Source: a virus (Duplodnaviria; Caudoviricetes). Taken from it: a DNA stretch of 64,000 nt. The notes under the pieces are model-generated. The model was not told the origin of the DNA, ran no database searches, and worked only from the letters and a program-made list of their open reading frames with translations. The stretch lies in the IMG/VR virus record IMGVR_UViG_3300017585_000161, positions 18,564 through 82,563 of that record. One strand, 5' to 3'. Positions 43,957 through 56,200 of the stretch are shown here, piece by piece. The position numbers and the translations under genes are program-made. Numbering within the stretch: the stretch's first letter is position 1; every line of letters begins with the position of its first letter.

Positions 43957-46900
43957 ATGGGTGCATCATGTACTATTGGGGTGTATTGCAAAAACACCAA
44001 AGGTGAAGTGGTAGAAAGCAAACTGTTTAATGATTGCCTTCATTACACTGATAATGACAGAAGCCTGTCAAAAGAATATTATGGTATCGGAACGTCAGAA
44101 GAATGGCTCTCTCATGCGAGAGAGTCTTCTGACTTCCGTACTGATGAGAACGGTCAGATTACCCTTAATGCTTTAAGGAAAATCGCTAATTGGGATTTAG
44201 ATACGGATAACCTCCTTAAAGTTCTCAACAGGGATATTGGTGAAGGGGAATATTCTTATGATGTAGCGTTAAGGAAAATACAGGATTTTAGCGCTTCTGT
44301 AGAGTTTGAGGATAAAGCGATGGCAACTATGTCCTATGTAGGAAAAGGTAAGTATCATGTTTCTGTAGTAGCTAAAAACAGAACTGTTCCAAACAGCAAT
44401 GGGAAAAATGTAAAAACAGACAGTACACTTTCTGAACAGAAGAAACTTTATGATACTGTAAGGAGTGCTGAAGTTGAAAAGGAGATCATTTCCATTCTTG
44501 AGAGACATGGAGTTTCTGCGAAGTTCTTGGATGATTCCCGGCCTGGCAGCAGATACTCTACTGAGGATGTTTCTAAGACTGAAAACGGACTCTGGGGTCT
44601 CATAGAGGTAAGTAATAAAGGCAATGTCACTGATTTGCTTGCTGAGGAAGCTGGACATTTTGCGGTAGGTGCGCTTGGAGACAATCCTTTGGTCAAACGT
44701 ATGGAGACACTTCTGAAAGATGCTGCCGCGAGAGAGCAAGCGTTAGGCTCTGAAGAGTACAGAGAGGCGCAGCTTGGAGATAATCCTGCAAGAGAGACTG
44801 CCGGAAGACTTGTTGGAAAAGCCTTGCAGCGAAAAATCTCTGGCAAGGCTAAACACCCCCTGTATGTTCTTGCGAACAGAGTGGCGAACCTTGCAAAAAG
44901 AATTTTCTATAACATTAAAGGGGATGAGTTAAAGTGGGGCATTGCTAAGGCGGAGCAGGTAGCCAATAAGATAGCTTATGGTTTTGCAAACGGCAGCAGT
45001 AAGTTTACAGTTGAAAATGCTTTGTCCTATCAGGAGACTATGCATAATGCTGCGCTTTCATTCAATCAGCAGGTATATAGGGATGTGGCGGACAGCTTGG
45101 GCAGAGCGGTAACACAGTTGCAGGCTATATGCAAAGATGATCTTGAAGGAAAGTTGGAAGCCTCTTTTGGAGAAATGGCGCTTGCGGCGCATGACTTTGC
45201 AAGTGGACAGTCCGTACTGCAAATGAATGGAGATGTCTTTGCTGACCAGTTGGCTTTCGATGGAATTGTGCAGGCGCTTGTGCAAATTTCGGAATATCTT
45301 GGTCCTGGTAAGGAATTAGACAGTCTGCTTTCGTCTGTTGATACTACTAAAGCTGATTTTTATGCGAATATGTCCAGATATGGCAGAAATCTTCGGCAAG
45401 CAAGAGTTTTTCTGACTAATGCTACCAATGCTGTTAAGGCTATTGATATGGCAATGCAGTCTCAGGGGAAAAACTCATTAAAAAATCCTTATGGCACTAC
45501 TCTTGACAATGTTAGATACCAGGATATTAATGGCATTTGGCACACTATAGATATGCGAAAAACTCTTAATGACTGCTTATTAATTCTTGTCCATTCTGAG
45601 AGTGCGCTTACTTGTAAGGAAAGTGAGTATTTTGCCAGATTTTGTGAAGATGCCTATGGAAAAAACTACATTACTGCCTCTACTGGGAAACTGTGGAAAG
45701 ATATTTGGTTTGGTCAACAAGAACGTCCTGAAGAGCTCAGCATTGAAGAGTTAGTTACAGGCTCTTCCGGAAATGTGGTTGATATTGATCTTTTTCATAG
45801 GTATTTGAGTTCTATGTCTAATAATCCTGATATTATAGGACAAATTGTTAACCATGTAGTGAAAGTGGCAACTGGACTTGCTGACAAACACACTTGGGAG
45901 TATCAAGACAGGTTGCTTCTTCTTAACAAACGCAGAAAAGATTTGGGTCTTGACATGCGGGATCTTTTTGAGAAGGATGAAAATGGTGTTCCTACAGGAA
46001 ACATTATTCTTCCTCCTCCTTTAGTGGAAACTGATGTTGATATGGTTAACGCTTATATTGATGATGATCCTGATTTTGCTGACAATCCTTATGCTGTCAA
46101 TTATGGAGAATGGGAGAAGGCGAGAGAGGAGAATAAGAGATATTGGTGGGAAGAGTTTAAAAAGGCTAATCCTAATATAGCTTCATGGTCAGGCTTTACA
46201 AAAGGATTTAAATGGGATGAATATTATCATGCTAAATATAAAGAGTGGAATAAGGAAAATAGTGTTAAGGTAGTATATACTGACCCCTCTACGAAAGAGA
46301 CTGTGAAAGTTGTTTGGATGCCTAATAAAAAGTATAAGACAGATGCTTGGGATAATCTTGAGAGAAAGTATAAGAGCAAGAAAAATGCTAATGACAGCAT
46401 ATCGCTGTGGGTTCGGGATTATATGCAAATTAAGCAAGAGCTTGACTCTTTGCTGCCTGAAGGTGCCACTGTTTCTCGAAGACTTCCGCAGTTCCGTGGC
46501 ACATTTTCTGACGCTCTGCGCAATTCTGCGAATTTCTCTAATATGGGAGTTGTGCAAAAGGCTAAAAACGCTGCCAAAAAATTTATGCGCAGAGATGTCC
46601 TTGAAAAGTTTGTGGCAACCAGTCAGGATACTGACTATGGTGACCTTAATACTATGAATCATCCGGATGATGACATGTTAGGCACTGCGCTTGACTATGA
46701 GAAGGAAAGACCTAACCGTCTTGTTATATTTGGAGTGCGTAAGATTGAGAACTTGGAAGATTTGTCAACAGACCTTATGCATTCAACATTGGCGTATGCT
46801 TCAATGGCTACTACCTATGATGCTTTAAGCAATCTTGTTGATGCGTTGGAGGTAGGGAAATCTGTTCTCTATAATAGAAAAGTAAAGCCAAATAAAATAA

Positions 46901-48819
46901 CAAAGATAAATGGAGTAATGGTAAATTGGTGGAAATCAAGTTCCAGCAATGAAATGTATAATAAAGGAGAGAAGAATATGGCCTATGGACGTTATCTGAA
47001 GTTTCTTGATAAGCAGGTATATGGTATAGGCACTACTCAGCTTGCCTTTGCTACAGCTAAGAAAAGGTGGATGTTAGGAAAAATTATAAACACGGTGTCC
47101 TCTTTAGGAGGTGCTCTTTATCTTGCAGGCAATCCTCTCGGAGGTATGGTTAATACTTTCACTGGTTTTAATAATGACCTTAAAGAAGCTATAGCCGGAG
47201 ATGCTTTCACACTCAAGGATTGGGTGAAAGCTAATAAGTGGTATTTTGAGAATCTTCCGAGATTATGGATGTACGCTGGTGAGCTGCGTAAAAATGACCA
47301 ACTTAGCCTTTTCTTAGAGGTTATGTCATTTCAGGGGAACGCTAAGGGTAAATTCAGAAGCTGGCACACTACAAGAAGCCGCATGAATAATATAATCAGA
47401 AACCTGAATTTCTTGCCCTATAGTTCTGGTGATCATTACATGCAGGCGATTCCTTACCTTGCACTTGCAAATGGTACGAAATTATATAATGAGGATGGCA
47501 CAGAGGCGAAAAATCTTTGGGACGCCTACCAACGTGTAAGAAATAACGATGATGAAGTCTTGAATGGTAGGTCTCTTTCAGCTGGATATACTCTTCAGTT
47601 TGATAGAATGTGTCCTGTCAGTTCCTCCGAAATTACTATAGACAGCCTTAATAATAAGGGTTTCTACCTTAAAAAGGTGGGGAAGAGCAGAACTGATTTT
47701 GAGGAATGGCTCTACTTTAATTTTCCAGAATACCTTGACAGAGTCTATACTCTCAATCATGTTGATGAGAAAATGGCTTTGAGAGACACCTTCAATAATC
47801 TTCCACTTGAAGACCGCCAAAAGTATGCGGCTGACAGATTTGCATGGCTGAGATGGCTTCTTATGGTGGCTGAAACAGGAATGAATTTCACTGTAGAAGA
47901 GAGAAATTGGCTTAATGCACATAATCTGAATGTGACTACCTCTGAAGATGCATTGCAAGTTATAAGAGACCAAATATATAATGCTATTTGGACTGAGAAC
48001 GATAAAATTTGTTACATGAATAAAGCAAGGGACATTTGTGACAATCTTCATGGTATTTACAATGATGCGAACAAAACGGCTTTTCATCAAAATTGGTTCA
48101 CCAATGCTTTTCTATGCATGAAAGGGTGGGCTTTGGGAAACATCGAATGGATGTTTTCCAATAATCATGCAAGTATTAGTAGGGGTAAGTACGTAGAAGG
48201 CTTCTCAAACACCGCTTTAAAAATGGTCGCTACCATAATTGGGGATTTAAGAAGTCATCGAAAAGAAAGTCTCAGTTTGATGCTTGCCATGGCATGTCCG
48301 TTTACCCCCAATGCTAATAAAGCTATGCAAAGAGCTGGATTTTCTGAGGAGCAGTATTTCAATGTAAGACGCTTTAATGCTTCCATGCTGCTTATTCTGT
48401 TGTTGTGGGCACTAAAAGCTGGTCTTGCTCCGGATGACGATGATGATGATGATCCCACTACGGGGGCTTTTTATTATTTAGTGATGCGTGGGCTGTTGGA
48501 ACAGCAGGCTTTCTTTACACCAGGAGAATTATATCAGAATATAGGACAATTAGGCACTTTAGCTCCTGTAGGATTTTCAGCGGCAATGGATCTTTACAAC
48601 TTAGCATACGAAGGGATTGGAGCAGTAGTTGCCGATAAGGAGGATTCAAAGTTCTTTTATCAGAGTGATAGTCCGACTGGCAGATTTGAAGAAGGGGATA
48701 CTAAGTTCGAGTATCACCTTAAAAGGCTTATTCCTTATTATAAAAATGTCTGGGCTATTGAACATCCGTATGAGGCTGCTGAAAACTACGAGTTTGGCAG
48801 AAAACTCAGAACCAGATGA
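43957..48819 (+). CDS. Large virion cargo/ejection protein with a zincin-like motif
   Basis: 1620 aa directly after the RNAP; LLAEEAGHFAV (44644-44658) is an EExxH variant of HExxH; hydrophobic segments near the C-terminus. Confidence 0.75.
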   Translation: MGASCTIGVYCKNTKGEVVESKLFNDCLHYTDNDRSLSKEYYGIGTSEEWLSHARESSDFRTDENGQITLNALRKIANWDLDTDNLLKVLNRDIGEGEYSYDVALRKIQDFSASVEFEDKAMATMSYVGKGKYHVSVVAKNRTVPNSNGKNVKTDSTLSEQKKLYDTVRSAEVEKEIISILERHGVSAKFLDDSRPGSRYSTEDVSKTENGLWGLIEVSNKGNVTDLLAEEAGHFAVGALGDNPLVKRMETLLKDAAAREQALGSEEYREAQLGDNPARETAGRLVGKALQRKISGKAKHPLYVLANRVANLAKRIFYNIKGDELKWGIAKAEQVANKIAYGFANGSSKFTVENALSYQETMHNAALSFNQQVYRDVADSLGRAVTQLQAICKDDLEGKLEASFGEMALAAHDFASGQSVLQMNGDVFADQLAFDGIVQALVQISEYLGPGKELDSLLSSVDTTKADFYANMSRYGRNLRQARVFLTNATNAVKAIDMAMQSQGKNSLKNPYGTTLDNVRYQDINGIWHTIDMRKTLNDCLLILVHSESALTCKESEYFARFCEDAYGKNYITASTGKLWKDIWFGQQERPEELSIEELVTGSSGNVVDIDLFHRYLSSMSNNPDIIGQIVNHVVKVATGLADKHTWEYQDRLLLLNKRRKDLGLDMRDLFEKDENGVPTGNIILPPPLVETDVDMVNAYIDDDPDFADNPYAVNYGEWEKAREENKRYWWEEFKKANPNIASWSGFTKGFKWDEYYHAKYKEWNKENSVKVVYTDPSTKETVKVVWMPNKKYKTDAWDNLERKYKSKKNANDSISLWVRDYMQIKQELDSLLPEGATVSRRLPQFRGTFSDALRNSANFSNMGVVQKAKNAAKKFMRRDVLEKFVATSQDTDYGDLNTMNHPDDDMLGTALDYEKERPNRLVIFGVRKIENLEDLSTDLMHSTLAYASMATTYDALSNLVDALEVGKSVLYNRKVKPNKITKINGVMVNWWKSSSSNEMYNKGEKNMAYGRYLKFLDKQVYGIGTTQLAFATAKKRWMLGKIINTVSSLGGALYLAGNPLGGMVNTFTGFNNDLKEAIAGDAFTLKDWVKANKWYFENLPRLWMYAGELRKNDQLSLFLEVMSFQGNAKGKFRSWHTTRSRMNNIIRNLNFLPYSSGDHYMQAIPYLALANGTKLYNEDGTEAKNLWDAYQRVRNNDDEVLNGRSLSAGYTLQFDRMCPVSSSEITIDSLNNKGFYLKKVGKSRTDFEEWLYFNFPEYLDRVYTLNHVDEKMALRDTFNNLPLEDRQKYAADRFAWLRWLLMVAETGMNFTVEERNWLNAHNLNVTTSEDALQVIRDQIYNAIWTENDKICYMNKARDICDNLHGIYNDANKTAFHQNWFTNAFLCMKGWALGNIEWMFSNNHASISRGKYVEGFSNTALKMVATIIGDLRSHRKESLSLMLAMACPFTPNANKAMQRAGFSEEQYFNVRRFNASMLLILLLWALKAGLAPDDDDDDDPTTGAFYYLVMRGLLEQQAFFTPGELYQNIGQLGTLAPVGFSAAMDLYNLAYEGIGAVVADKEDSKFFYQSDSPTGRFEEGDTKFEYHLKRLIPYYKNVWAIEHPYEAAENYEFGRKLRTR

Positions 48820-48835
48820 TTTTTATACTTTAGAG

Positions 48836-48870
48836 TAAAGGCAGGATTATTTTTCCTGCCTTTATTTTAT
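48836..48870. terminator. Bidirectional terminator
   Basis: TAAAGGCAGGA-TTATTTT-TCCTGCCTTTA between convergent genes. Confidence 0.75.
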
Positions 48871-48875
48871 TAATG

Positions 48876-49517
48876 TTAAGTGTTCAGTGGTTCTTTAAAT
48901 GATTTCATTGCAAGTATATCTGCTACAACTGCCTCATCTGACCTGTCTCTTACATTGATTTCTTTCTTTTCCTTTATAATGTTATCTACAGAAATTTCAA
49001 CAATTATTTTCTTGGCAATGTTAATATAATGTATAGAACATTTCATTCTGCCTCCGTTACATAGTACTATGAAATGCCCTAAACCCCCGTTTCCCATTAT
49101 ATACCTATCTGCTATGGGGCACTCTTCAGTCAGAAGTTCTGCCAAATACATACCTCTTATTGGACTGTTCATTACATCTATGTCTGAATATTCTCGATAT
49201 CTCGGAACAAATCCTTTCACAGTCGCGTTATTCCATGCTATCTTTAGAAAATTCAATGCTAACAGTACATCAAATATTTGCCATAAGGTTTTTCCAAAAG
49301 GTATTTTAAATATAGGTTGAAATACCGCTGCTATTATAAGATACAGATAGTAGCTTATGCCTATGCCGATGCTTTTGAAATTAATGGCAAGAAACACGCA
49401 TACAATAGCCGTTAAAGACCTCACAAAAGTATAATAGCCGTATGGCATGTCACAGAGACATAGCAGCAGTAGTACTCCGGTTATTGTAAATAACAGTACA
49501 ACAAAATTAATTCTCAT
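48876..49517 (-). CDS. DUF6804-like membrane protein with an extra C-terminal domain
   Basis: LCLCDMPYGYYTFVR...FQPIFKIPFGKTLWQIFD. Confidence 0.65.
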   Translation of the reverse strand: MRINFVVLLFTITGVLLLLCLCDMPYGYYTFVRSLTAIVCVFLAINFKSIGIGISYYLYLIIAAVFQPIFKIPFGKTLWQIFDVLLALNFLKIAWNNATVKGFVPRYREYSDIDVMNSPIRGMYLAELLTEECPIADRYIMGNGGLGHFIVLCNGGRMKCSIHYINIAKKIIVEISVDNIIKEKKEINVRDRSDEAVVADILAMKSFKEPLNT

Positions 49518-49523
49518 AAGTCT

Positions 49524-50084
49524 TTATTTATAGTATTTATAATGTCCTCTTTCGTCCGTTTGCAGTCCATGTATATTTCTAATGCTGTAAAGAAATCTAT
49601 TCATAATAGCATTGTCCAGCCTTAGAGGATTGCCCTTAGGAATGTCAAAATACTTGGGGATAAAAACAGTTCCCTCCATAATAATATGAACTCTGTGTTT
49701 TTCCCATTCTCCAGTTATCAAAGTTACTCCTTGCAGATACTCTCCTTGTATAATAACCACAAAACTGCTTTTGTCTGTACTTATTGCTACCCATGGGTAG
49801 TCAACAGGTAAAGATAAGGCACTTAACACTTTGTTAATAACCTCTTTTATCTCCATATCCCTTATACCAAATTTAACAGCTTTAATGTTATTCACATGGT
49901 AAGATCCTGCTATTACAGACATGCCGATAGCAGCACCCCAATTAATCCCTTCTATATCTTGTTTTGTTTGGGTGCTGTTTCTGTAATCTCTCCATTCAAA
50001 TAAGTCAACGCCATATAAAGGCATTACAGTGAGGCCATTATCATGCAAAGACAATGCTTTAGTTTTTAGATTTTCAGTTTTCAT
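49524..50084 (-). CDS. Hypothetical protein resembling a degenerate Prim-Pol N-terminal domain
   Basis: ALSLHDNGLTVMP...W..Y...INW...IG...G...L.LPVDYPWV layout, but the expected DxD and His residues are absent. Confidence 0.5.
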   Translation of the reverse strand: MKTENLKTKALSLHDNGLTVMPLYGVDLFEWRDYRNSTQTKQDIEGINWGAAIGMSVIAGSYHVNNIKAVKFGIRDMEIKEVINKVLSALSLPVDYPWVAISTDKSSFVVIIQGEYLQGVTLITGEWEKHRVHIIMEGTVFIPKYFDIPKGNPLRLDNAIMNRFLYSIRNIHGLQTDERGHYKYYK

Positions 50085-50111
50085 TTTTATTACTTAGGTT
50101 GTTTTACAATG

Positions 50112-50119
50112 CAAAAATA
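50112..50119 (-). promoter_or_regulatory. Bacteroidota -7 promoter element (TATTTTTG)
   Basis: TAnnTTTG match 28 nt upstream of the ATG at 50084. Confidence 0.6.
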
Positions 50120-50184
50120 AACATAAATCATATTACTCAAATACTGTTTGGTTTCTTTTAATGCTTCTTAACTGAAAATCAAAT

Positions 50185-50225
50185 AGAAAGCAAGGAAAAA
50201 TAAATTTTTCTTTTCCTTGCTTTCT
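50185..50225 (-). terminator. Terminator of the minus-strand cargo operon
   Basis: AGAAAGCAAGGAAAA...TTTTCCTTGCTTTCT inverted repeat just past the stop at 50248. Confidence 0.65.
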
Positions 50226-50247
50226 TTAATTTGTCAATACTGACAGA

Positions 50248-53200
50248 TTATATAAAACCCCCGCACTTCATCCCCTGCTTTACAGCTTCAGCCATAATTT
50301 CATTTGAAAGCATTTCATTATAACTTGCCTCATCTGATATGCCGAGTACACTGCCTAAAAATGATTGTGCCTCTTTTGATAGGTCTTTCCACAAAGGCAT
50401 TAGGGGTTCTGTGCCATTTGGTACTATAGGAGGAGCTGTGGGAGAGTTTTGCAAATTATTATCTGCAGGAGGGTTTTGTCTATCTTGTGAAGTTGTGGCA
50501 CTGGGTTCTTCTGGCTTTTCTACTTCTGCTTCTACTGGTTTTGCTTCTGGTTCTGCTTGTTGCAGTTCTGCTTGAAGACCCTCAGCTATATCTTGCTCTG
50601 TTGATGTTAAGTTATCCCAGTTAATTTTCAAAGATGTATAACCCACAGGGTATTGTGCTGCGTCAGTCTGTTGCATCTTAGGATTGCTGTTTTGTACAGT
50701 TTTTGTGCTGCCGTCTCTATAGGTTAGAGTAAGTTGATGGTCTTGCCCTTCACTATACACTCCTCCTGCTGGATTCATACCTTTAGTTCTATTGCCCTGT
50801 GGTGCTTCATATTCTACATCTATTGGAATTATACGTAAATTCTTCCTGTCTATGTCTATTCCATATTGTTGGCTTAGCAAATCTGCATACAGAGATATTT
50901 GTCTCGACCATTTTCCCCTTTCAGCTTCTAATTTTTCTTTGCCGTGGTTTCTTACAGTTTTCATGTCAAAGATATAGAAGTTCCCGTTATCATCATAGCC
51001 GAACAGGTCAAGAGTGCCGGCTACTTTCACATCATGCTTCTTGCCGTCTGTGTCTGTTGTGGTTATATTTCCATGTGCTACTACTCCATTAGGTACTATA
51101 TGTATTCCTTCTGCCTCCAAACTTTCTTTAAACCGCTGCAACTGTTCCTGGAATTTGCTTACTGCTTCTCTTGTAGTGTTGGGATAAGATGATGTTTCTG
51201 AAGTCTCTCCATTGAAGAAATCTCTTACTATGGAGTCAACTGTTGTTCCTATAGCTGTTGATGGAGTAGCCCATGCTCCATAGGCGGTCTTAGCGTGGGC
51301 ACTTCTGGCTTCAGCAATAGCCCTGCGTATTTTTGATATAGACATTCCTGTCGCTTGGCTCAACTCTTGTATGTTGCCTGCATGAGTCATCTCTTCTGTT
51401 ATGGCAGATTCCGCTATGCCTAAATGTTGCAGTATTTCCACAATAGTCGGATTGTAAGGCTTGGCACTTTCATCCGCCTTTATAATTGATGTCACTCTCG
51501 CATAGCGGGTAGTCTCCCCTGTCCTCTTATCCGTTGTCACATAACAGCTTTCATCTTCTGAAAGTGCAAACTCTTTTGAGTCTTCCTGTATGCGCTCGGC
51601 AACAGCTTTGGCTTTTTTATATTTTTCGCTTTGCTGAGGTTTTGGCACTCCTAAGTCTTGCTTTGGTTTTGCTGGTTTGTCATTATCAGTTTGTACACCA
51701 CTGTTCGGTTCTATCTGTGTTCCTTTTTCCGTGATTATAGCACCCTCTGCTTGTGGAACGTTATTGATTGCAGGACCCTGTTCCGCATTGTCTTTATTAG
51801 AGACAACTTCAGCTGTATCGTTAGACAGTCGCATTCCTGTAGGGGATCTAAACAGTATTCCAGATATGTTATACTGGCTGCTTGATCCTGCAAAATTCAA
51901 CAGACCATCATCTATCATTGCAGCATAATTCCTCCTTGCATGGTCTCCTGCAGGACCTTCCTCATGCAGTAAATTAGTGTCACTGGCAGGTATCTGCCAC
52001 CTTATGCCTTCTCTTAAACTGCCTGTTGCAGAGTCATATAGCAAGTCGCGCATCATTAGCAATGCACCCTGGATGTCATTTTTTCCTGCATAAATTGTTG
52101 GAAGAACTATAATCTTATCTGTGCCTATAAGTTGCACCGAATATGCGGTTACTGAGTCAGTCACATTTTCTCCGACAACATTCTTTGGGTCTTCCGGAAT
52201 ATACGTTACTTCAAATCGCCATTTTGATGGGTCCATATACACAAAGCTGCTTACCCCTGCAAGTCCTCTTGTATTTTCTTTATCGCTTTTATCATAACCG
52301 TTCAACCATTTAGTAAGTCTTGCTGCTTCTTCCTGTGCTAAAGATACTGCCGTTTTTCCAGACTCTTCCAAAGTCTGGCGGGTTATACACAACGCGCTCC
52401 GGTCTCCCTTATGATCCTGTCTCGGCAAATATTGGAACATAGGTCTTATTACTTCGTCAAACAGTCTTTCTGTCCTTGAGTTGAAACTTCTCAGAGCCTC
52501 TAAGGGTTCATCTTTTATTACTTCAAGCAATGATTTTCCTGTTTGTTTGTCTTTGCTTTCCTCCATGCTTACAGGCATAACAATCATTCCGGATGCTTTC
52601 TCATTGTTGCCCCTCATCCTGTTTGGCCTTATTACTACATGATTGGCTGTCTTGCTTTGTGGATCACTATCCCAGAACATAATGTCAAGCCTTTGTTTTC
52701 TTGCTTTTTTATACACAGGGTCTTCGAGCATTTTCTGTTTGGGCATAGCCTGTAGCCTTGCTCTTTCTGCGTCAGGCAGATTATTTAGAATGTCATCTAT
52801 AAGATTGGTGTCATTCTGTCTTGAGTTATCTCTTTTAGATTGTGCTGTAGAATCTTTATGATACCCTACTCTATAATTCTTGCCAAATACAGTGGTTGTT
52901 ATAGGCTTTCCATTAGGAAGTCCTTTTTCTGTAATAAAATGCAACCCTTGTTCTTTTGAGGCGTTCTTGCGTAGTTCTCCAGTCCAGGCTGAGCCGCTGA
53001 CATTGGCTTGTGTAGAACTCATTACAGCTATTGGCTGGTAATATAGGCCATTAATTTCTATGCAGGTTCTTTTATCTTCCTCTGTAGGTTCTCGCATTTC
53101 TATTACAGCTACTACAGGCATGTCATAAAGTGCGTTATATTGGTCTCCCATTTGCGAGGCTACTTCTTCTTCCCATTCAGAGTTGGTGATAAAATATACA

Positions 53201-56200
53201 GGCTCGTTAAATCCTATTTCGTGGGTTCTATGGAAATTGTCTATGTCGTATGCATCATAGAAGCTGACTGCCCAAGGTCTTGTTTTTCCCTGTGTAGCCT
53301 TACGCATCCCTTCTATGTTCATTGACTGAACCATTGAAGATTTCTTGTTTATAGGTGCGCCCATACTTCTGTTATGCTTTCGTGCGCTTTGATTTTGTAT
53401 CTTTCCAAATGCTTTGCTCAACAGCCCTGCCCCTTTGCTGTAAGGATTATCTTCTTGTTCCTGCTGATTAGCTTGGAGTTTTAAGGTATTGATACCTTCT
53501 GACAATATTTCCTTTAAATTATCAACGGTATTTATCGTTTCTCCTCTTTCAATACATATTCTCGCTATTTCTAACAAGGCACGTCTTGCTTCAGCTTTGC
53601 CTTCCTCAGAAGAACTGTTGTTTATAATAGACTCTATTGTCTCTATATACTTTAATATTTCACCAGCTGACATTTCCTTGAAAGCTGACATTATCGGAAA
53701 GTCTGGCTTTTCTTTTTTCTGTTCTTCAGTGTCTTGGGATTGTGGAGTTTGGGTTCCTGTAGCTACAGTGCCGTCTGAGTCTGTAAATTGCATATCGTCA
53801 GGACTGTTATGTCCTATTACCCCGAAAATTCCAGGACTTCCCGCATCCTTTCTTTCCTCTGTTTCCTCTTTCGGATTTGCCGGTGTGGTTGTTTCTGTTT
53901 CTGTAGGAGAAGGGGAAGGCGAAGGCGGAGGTGTCGTTACTGTTTGAGATTCTGATTCCACAGTAGGATGTATCTCATTTTTATGGGTCATATCCTCAGA
54001 ATCTCCAGTGATAACGCTTACATAATCGCTTACTATTTTTCCGACAGTGGTAAATGTGGTAGTGGTAGAGGCATCTCTTTCCAAGTTCTTGCTTTCCACA
54101 TATTTTCTAAATTCCCCGCCTCTTAATCCGCTTTCATCTGGAGCGGCAAGTGCTTCAACAGCGGCGTCTCTGTCTGTTAAACTAACGCCTTTGCTCTGTA
54201 AATATTGCATAGCGTCTATCAAAAGGCTTTTGTCATTATTTGTCAGATCTGGTTTACGTAGGAACTGCATTGACAGTCTTTGTATCTCCATAGCGTTTCT
54301 CTTATACCTTTGAAAATTGCTTTCTTTGGCAGGTACAGCTTCTTCTGTTTCCGTCTCAGTTTCCGTCTCTGTCTTTGTCTCAGTTTCCGTCTCAGTTTCC
54401 GTCTCTGTCTTTGTCTCAGTTTCCGTCTCAGATTCCGTTGAGGGCTCCTCATTTGATTGCTCTTCTTTATTTTGTCCCTCCTCTTCTCTTTCTTCAGAAG
54501 TAGTGCCTTCTTCTGCTTTTGCTTGAGCCTCTTCTCTTTCTCTTTTAATCTCGGTTGCTTCAAGAACACTCCTTATGTACATCTGCTCTTCCTGTGAAGC
54601 TCCTGCAAGAAGATTGTCTAATTCTTGTGCGAAAGTTTTGTAATCCTCTATTTTCGCCACTCTTTCAGTTCTTCTCCTTAACAAATCTCTTTTTGCCCTT
54701 GCCTTCGCCTGCATGACGTAATTTTGGAACGCCTCTGGGTTTGTAAGCATTTCAAGGTACTGCTGCTGATGCATTTTCAACGCTCCTTCCAGCCTTCCCA
54801 TATCAATTACTTTATCAAGGAAATCAGCGTCTTCTTGCACTCCTTGATTTACAAGATTGTCAATTACCGCCTGTTGCTCTTCGCTGTATATTCTTTCTGT
54901 TTTAGTTCTGTTTTTTTCTGCTTCGATTTGTCTTTCCTTTTGCCTCTTTTGCTCTTGTAGTTTTGCTATTTGCTTGTCAGTTCTCTGTACTTGTTTGTTG
55001 TGATGCCTCTTTATACCGCCTTCGGAATTTAGCCACTGCTTCTTTTTCTCTTCTAAGTCTTCTATTTTATGTTGTAAGTCTTCGGCTTGCAGAGAAAGAG
55101 TTTCTATTTTCTGTTTGTTCTGATGAGTGGCATTATAGAATTTTGCGGAGCCTCGTTGCAATACGTATGCTCTTGTTATAGGGTCAAGGTTCATGATGTC
55201 CTCTTCTGTAAAAAGAACATCTTTTGCTGTCATAAGTACAGGTTTTCCGTCTTTATCCTTTACTATTTTGCCTTTTTCATTACGCTCATACAGTGCGTCA
55301 AATTTCTTTAATTTGACATCTGCTTGCTTTAAAACATCCTTTATTTCATCAAGTTCTTCTTTCTGTTCTTTTGTTCTGCTTTTCTTATTTATTTTTTCTA
55401 ATGCTGCCCTACGTTCTTCAACTTCTTTCTTCTTTTCCTCTATAGCTTGTCGCTTTTTTAAGGCGTTTTCCAGGCTGCCGTATTCTAATACAAGGTTTTT
55501 TTGCTCTTCCGTAAGATCTGAGAAATTGCTTCTTTTTGAGGTTTTTATTTTTCCTCGTAAAGTTTCTATCTCCTGCTCTAATTTGTCGTGCCTTTCTGTG
55601 AAGTTTCGCTGCATTATCTTGTCGAATATCAGACTTTCTTTAGTGTCATCATCCACTCTGCCCATAAGTCTGTCCAAGTTTTTGCTTTCCTCTTCTATTT
55701 GGGACATCGTGCCTAACATGGCAGTAGCGTTATCTTTTAGTTTCTGCACTATCTCTTCGTCTGATTTACCGCTAAATTCTTCTCCGCCGTTTTCTCTCAT
55801 AGTTTTAATCATTTCTTGGGCAGAGTCAGAAGTGGCATCTAACGTTGAAGCCACTTGCAAGGTTCGCATTGTTGACTCGTAAAAAGGTGTTCCTTTAAGT
55901 TTTGACAACACCATTACGTCGTTTATCATTTTCCCCTGCAAAGAGTTCCTGAAGGCAAATTGGTCATTGCCCTCCATTGCTTTTTGCATTTGGGTCATCC
56001 AGTTGGCAGTGCCTACTAAGCCGTCCCATTTTACTCTATTCTGGGGGTCTTGCAGCCATCTTGTAATTGTAGCTGCAGCTTCTCTGTTTTCTCGCTGTTC
56101 TCGCTTATTGTCATAGTAAGCGTTTATCAATCCGCTTCTCCAGGGAGTTATTCTTCGTAAGTATTCACTAATACTTTCGACTTCTCCTCTCTCATTATAC

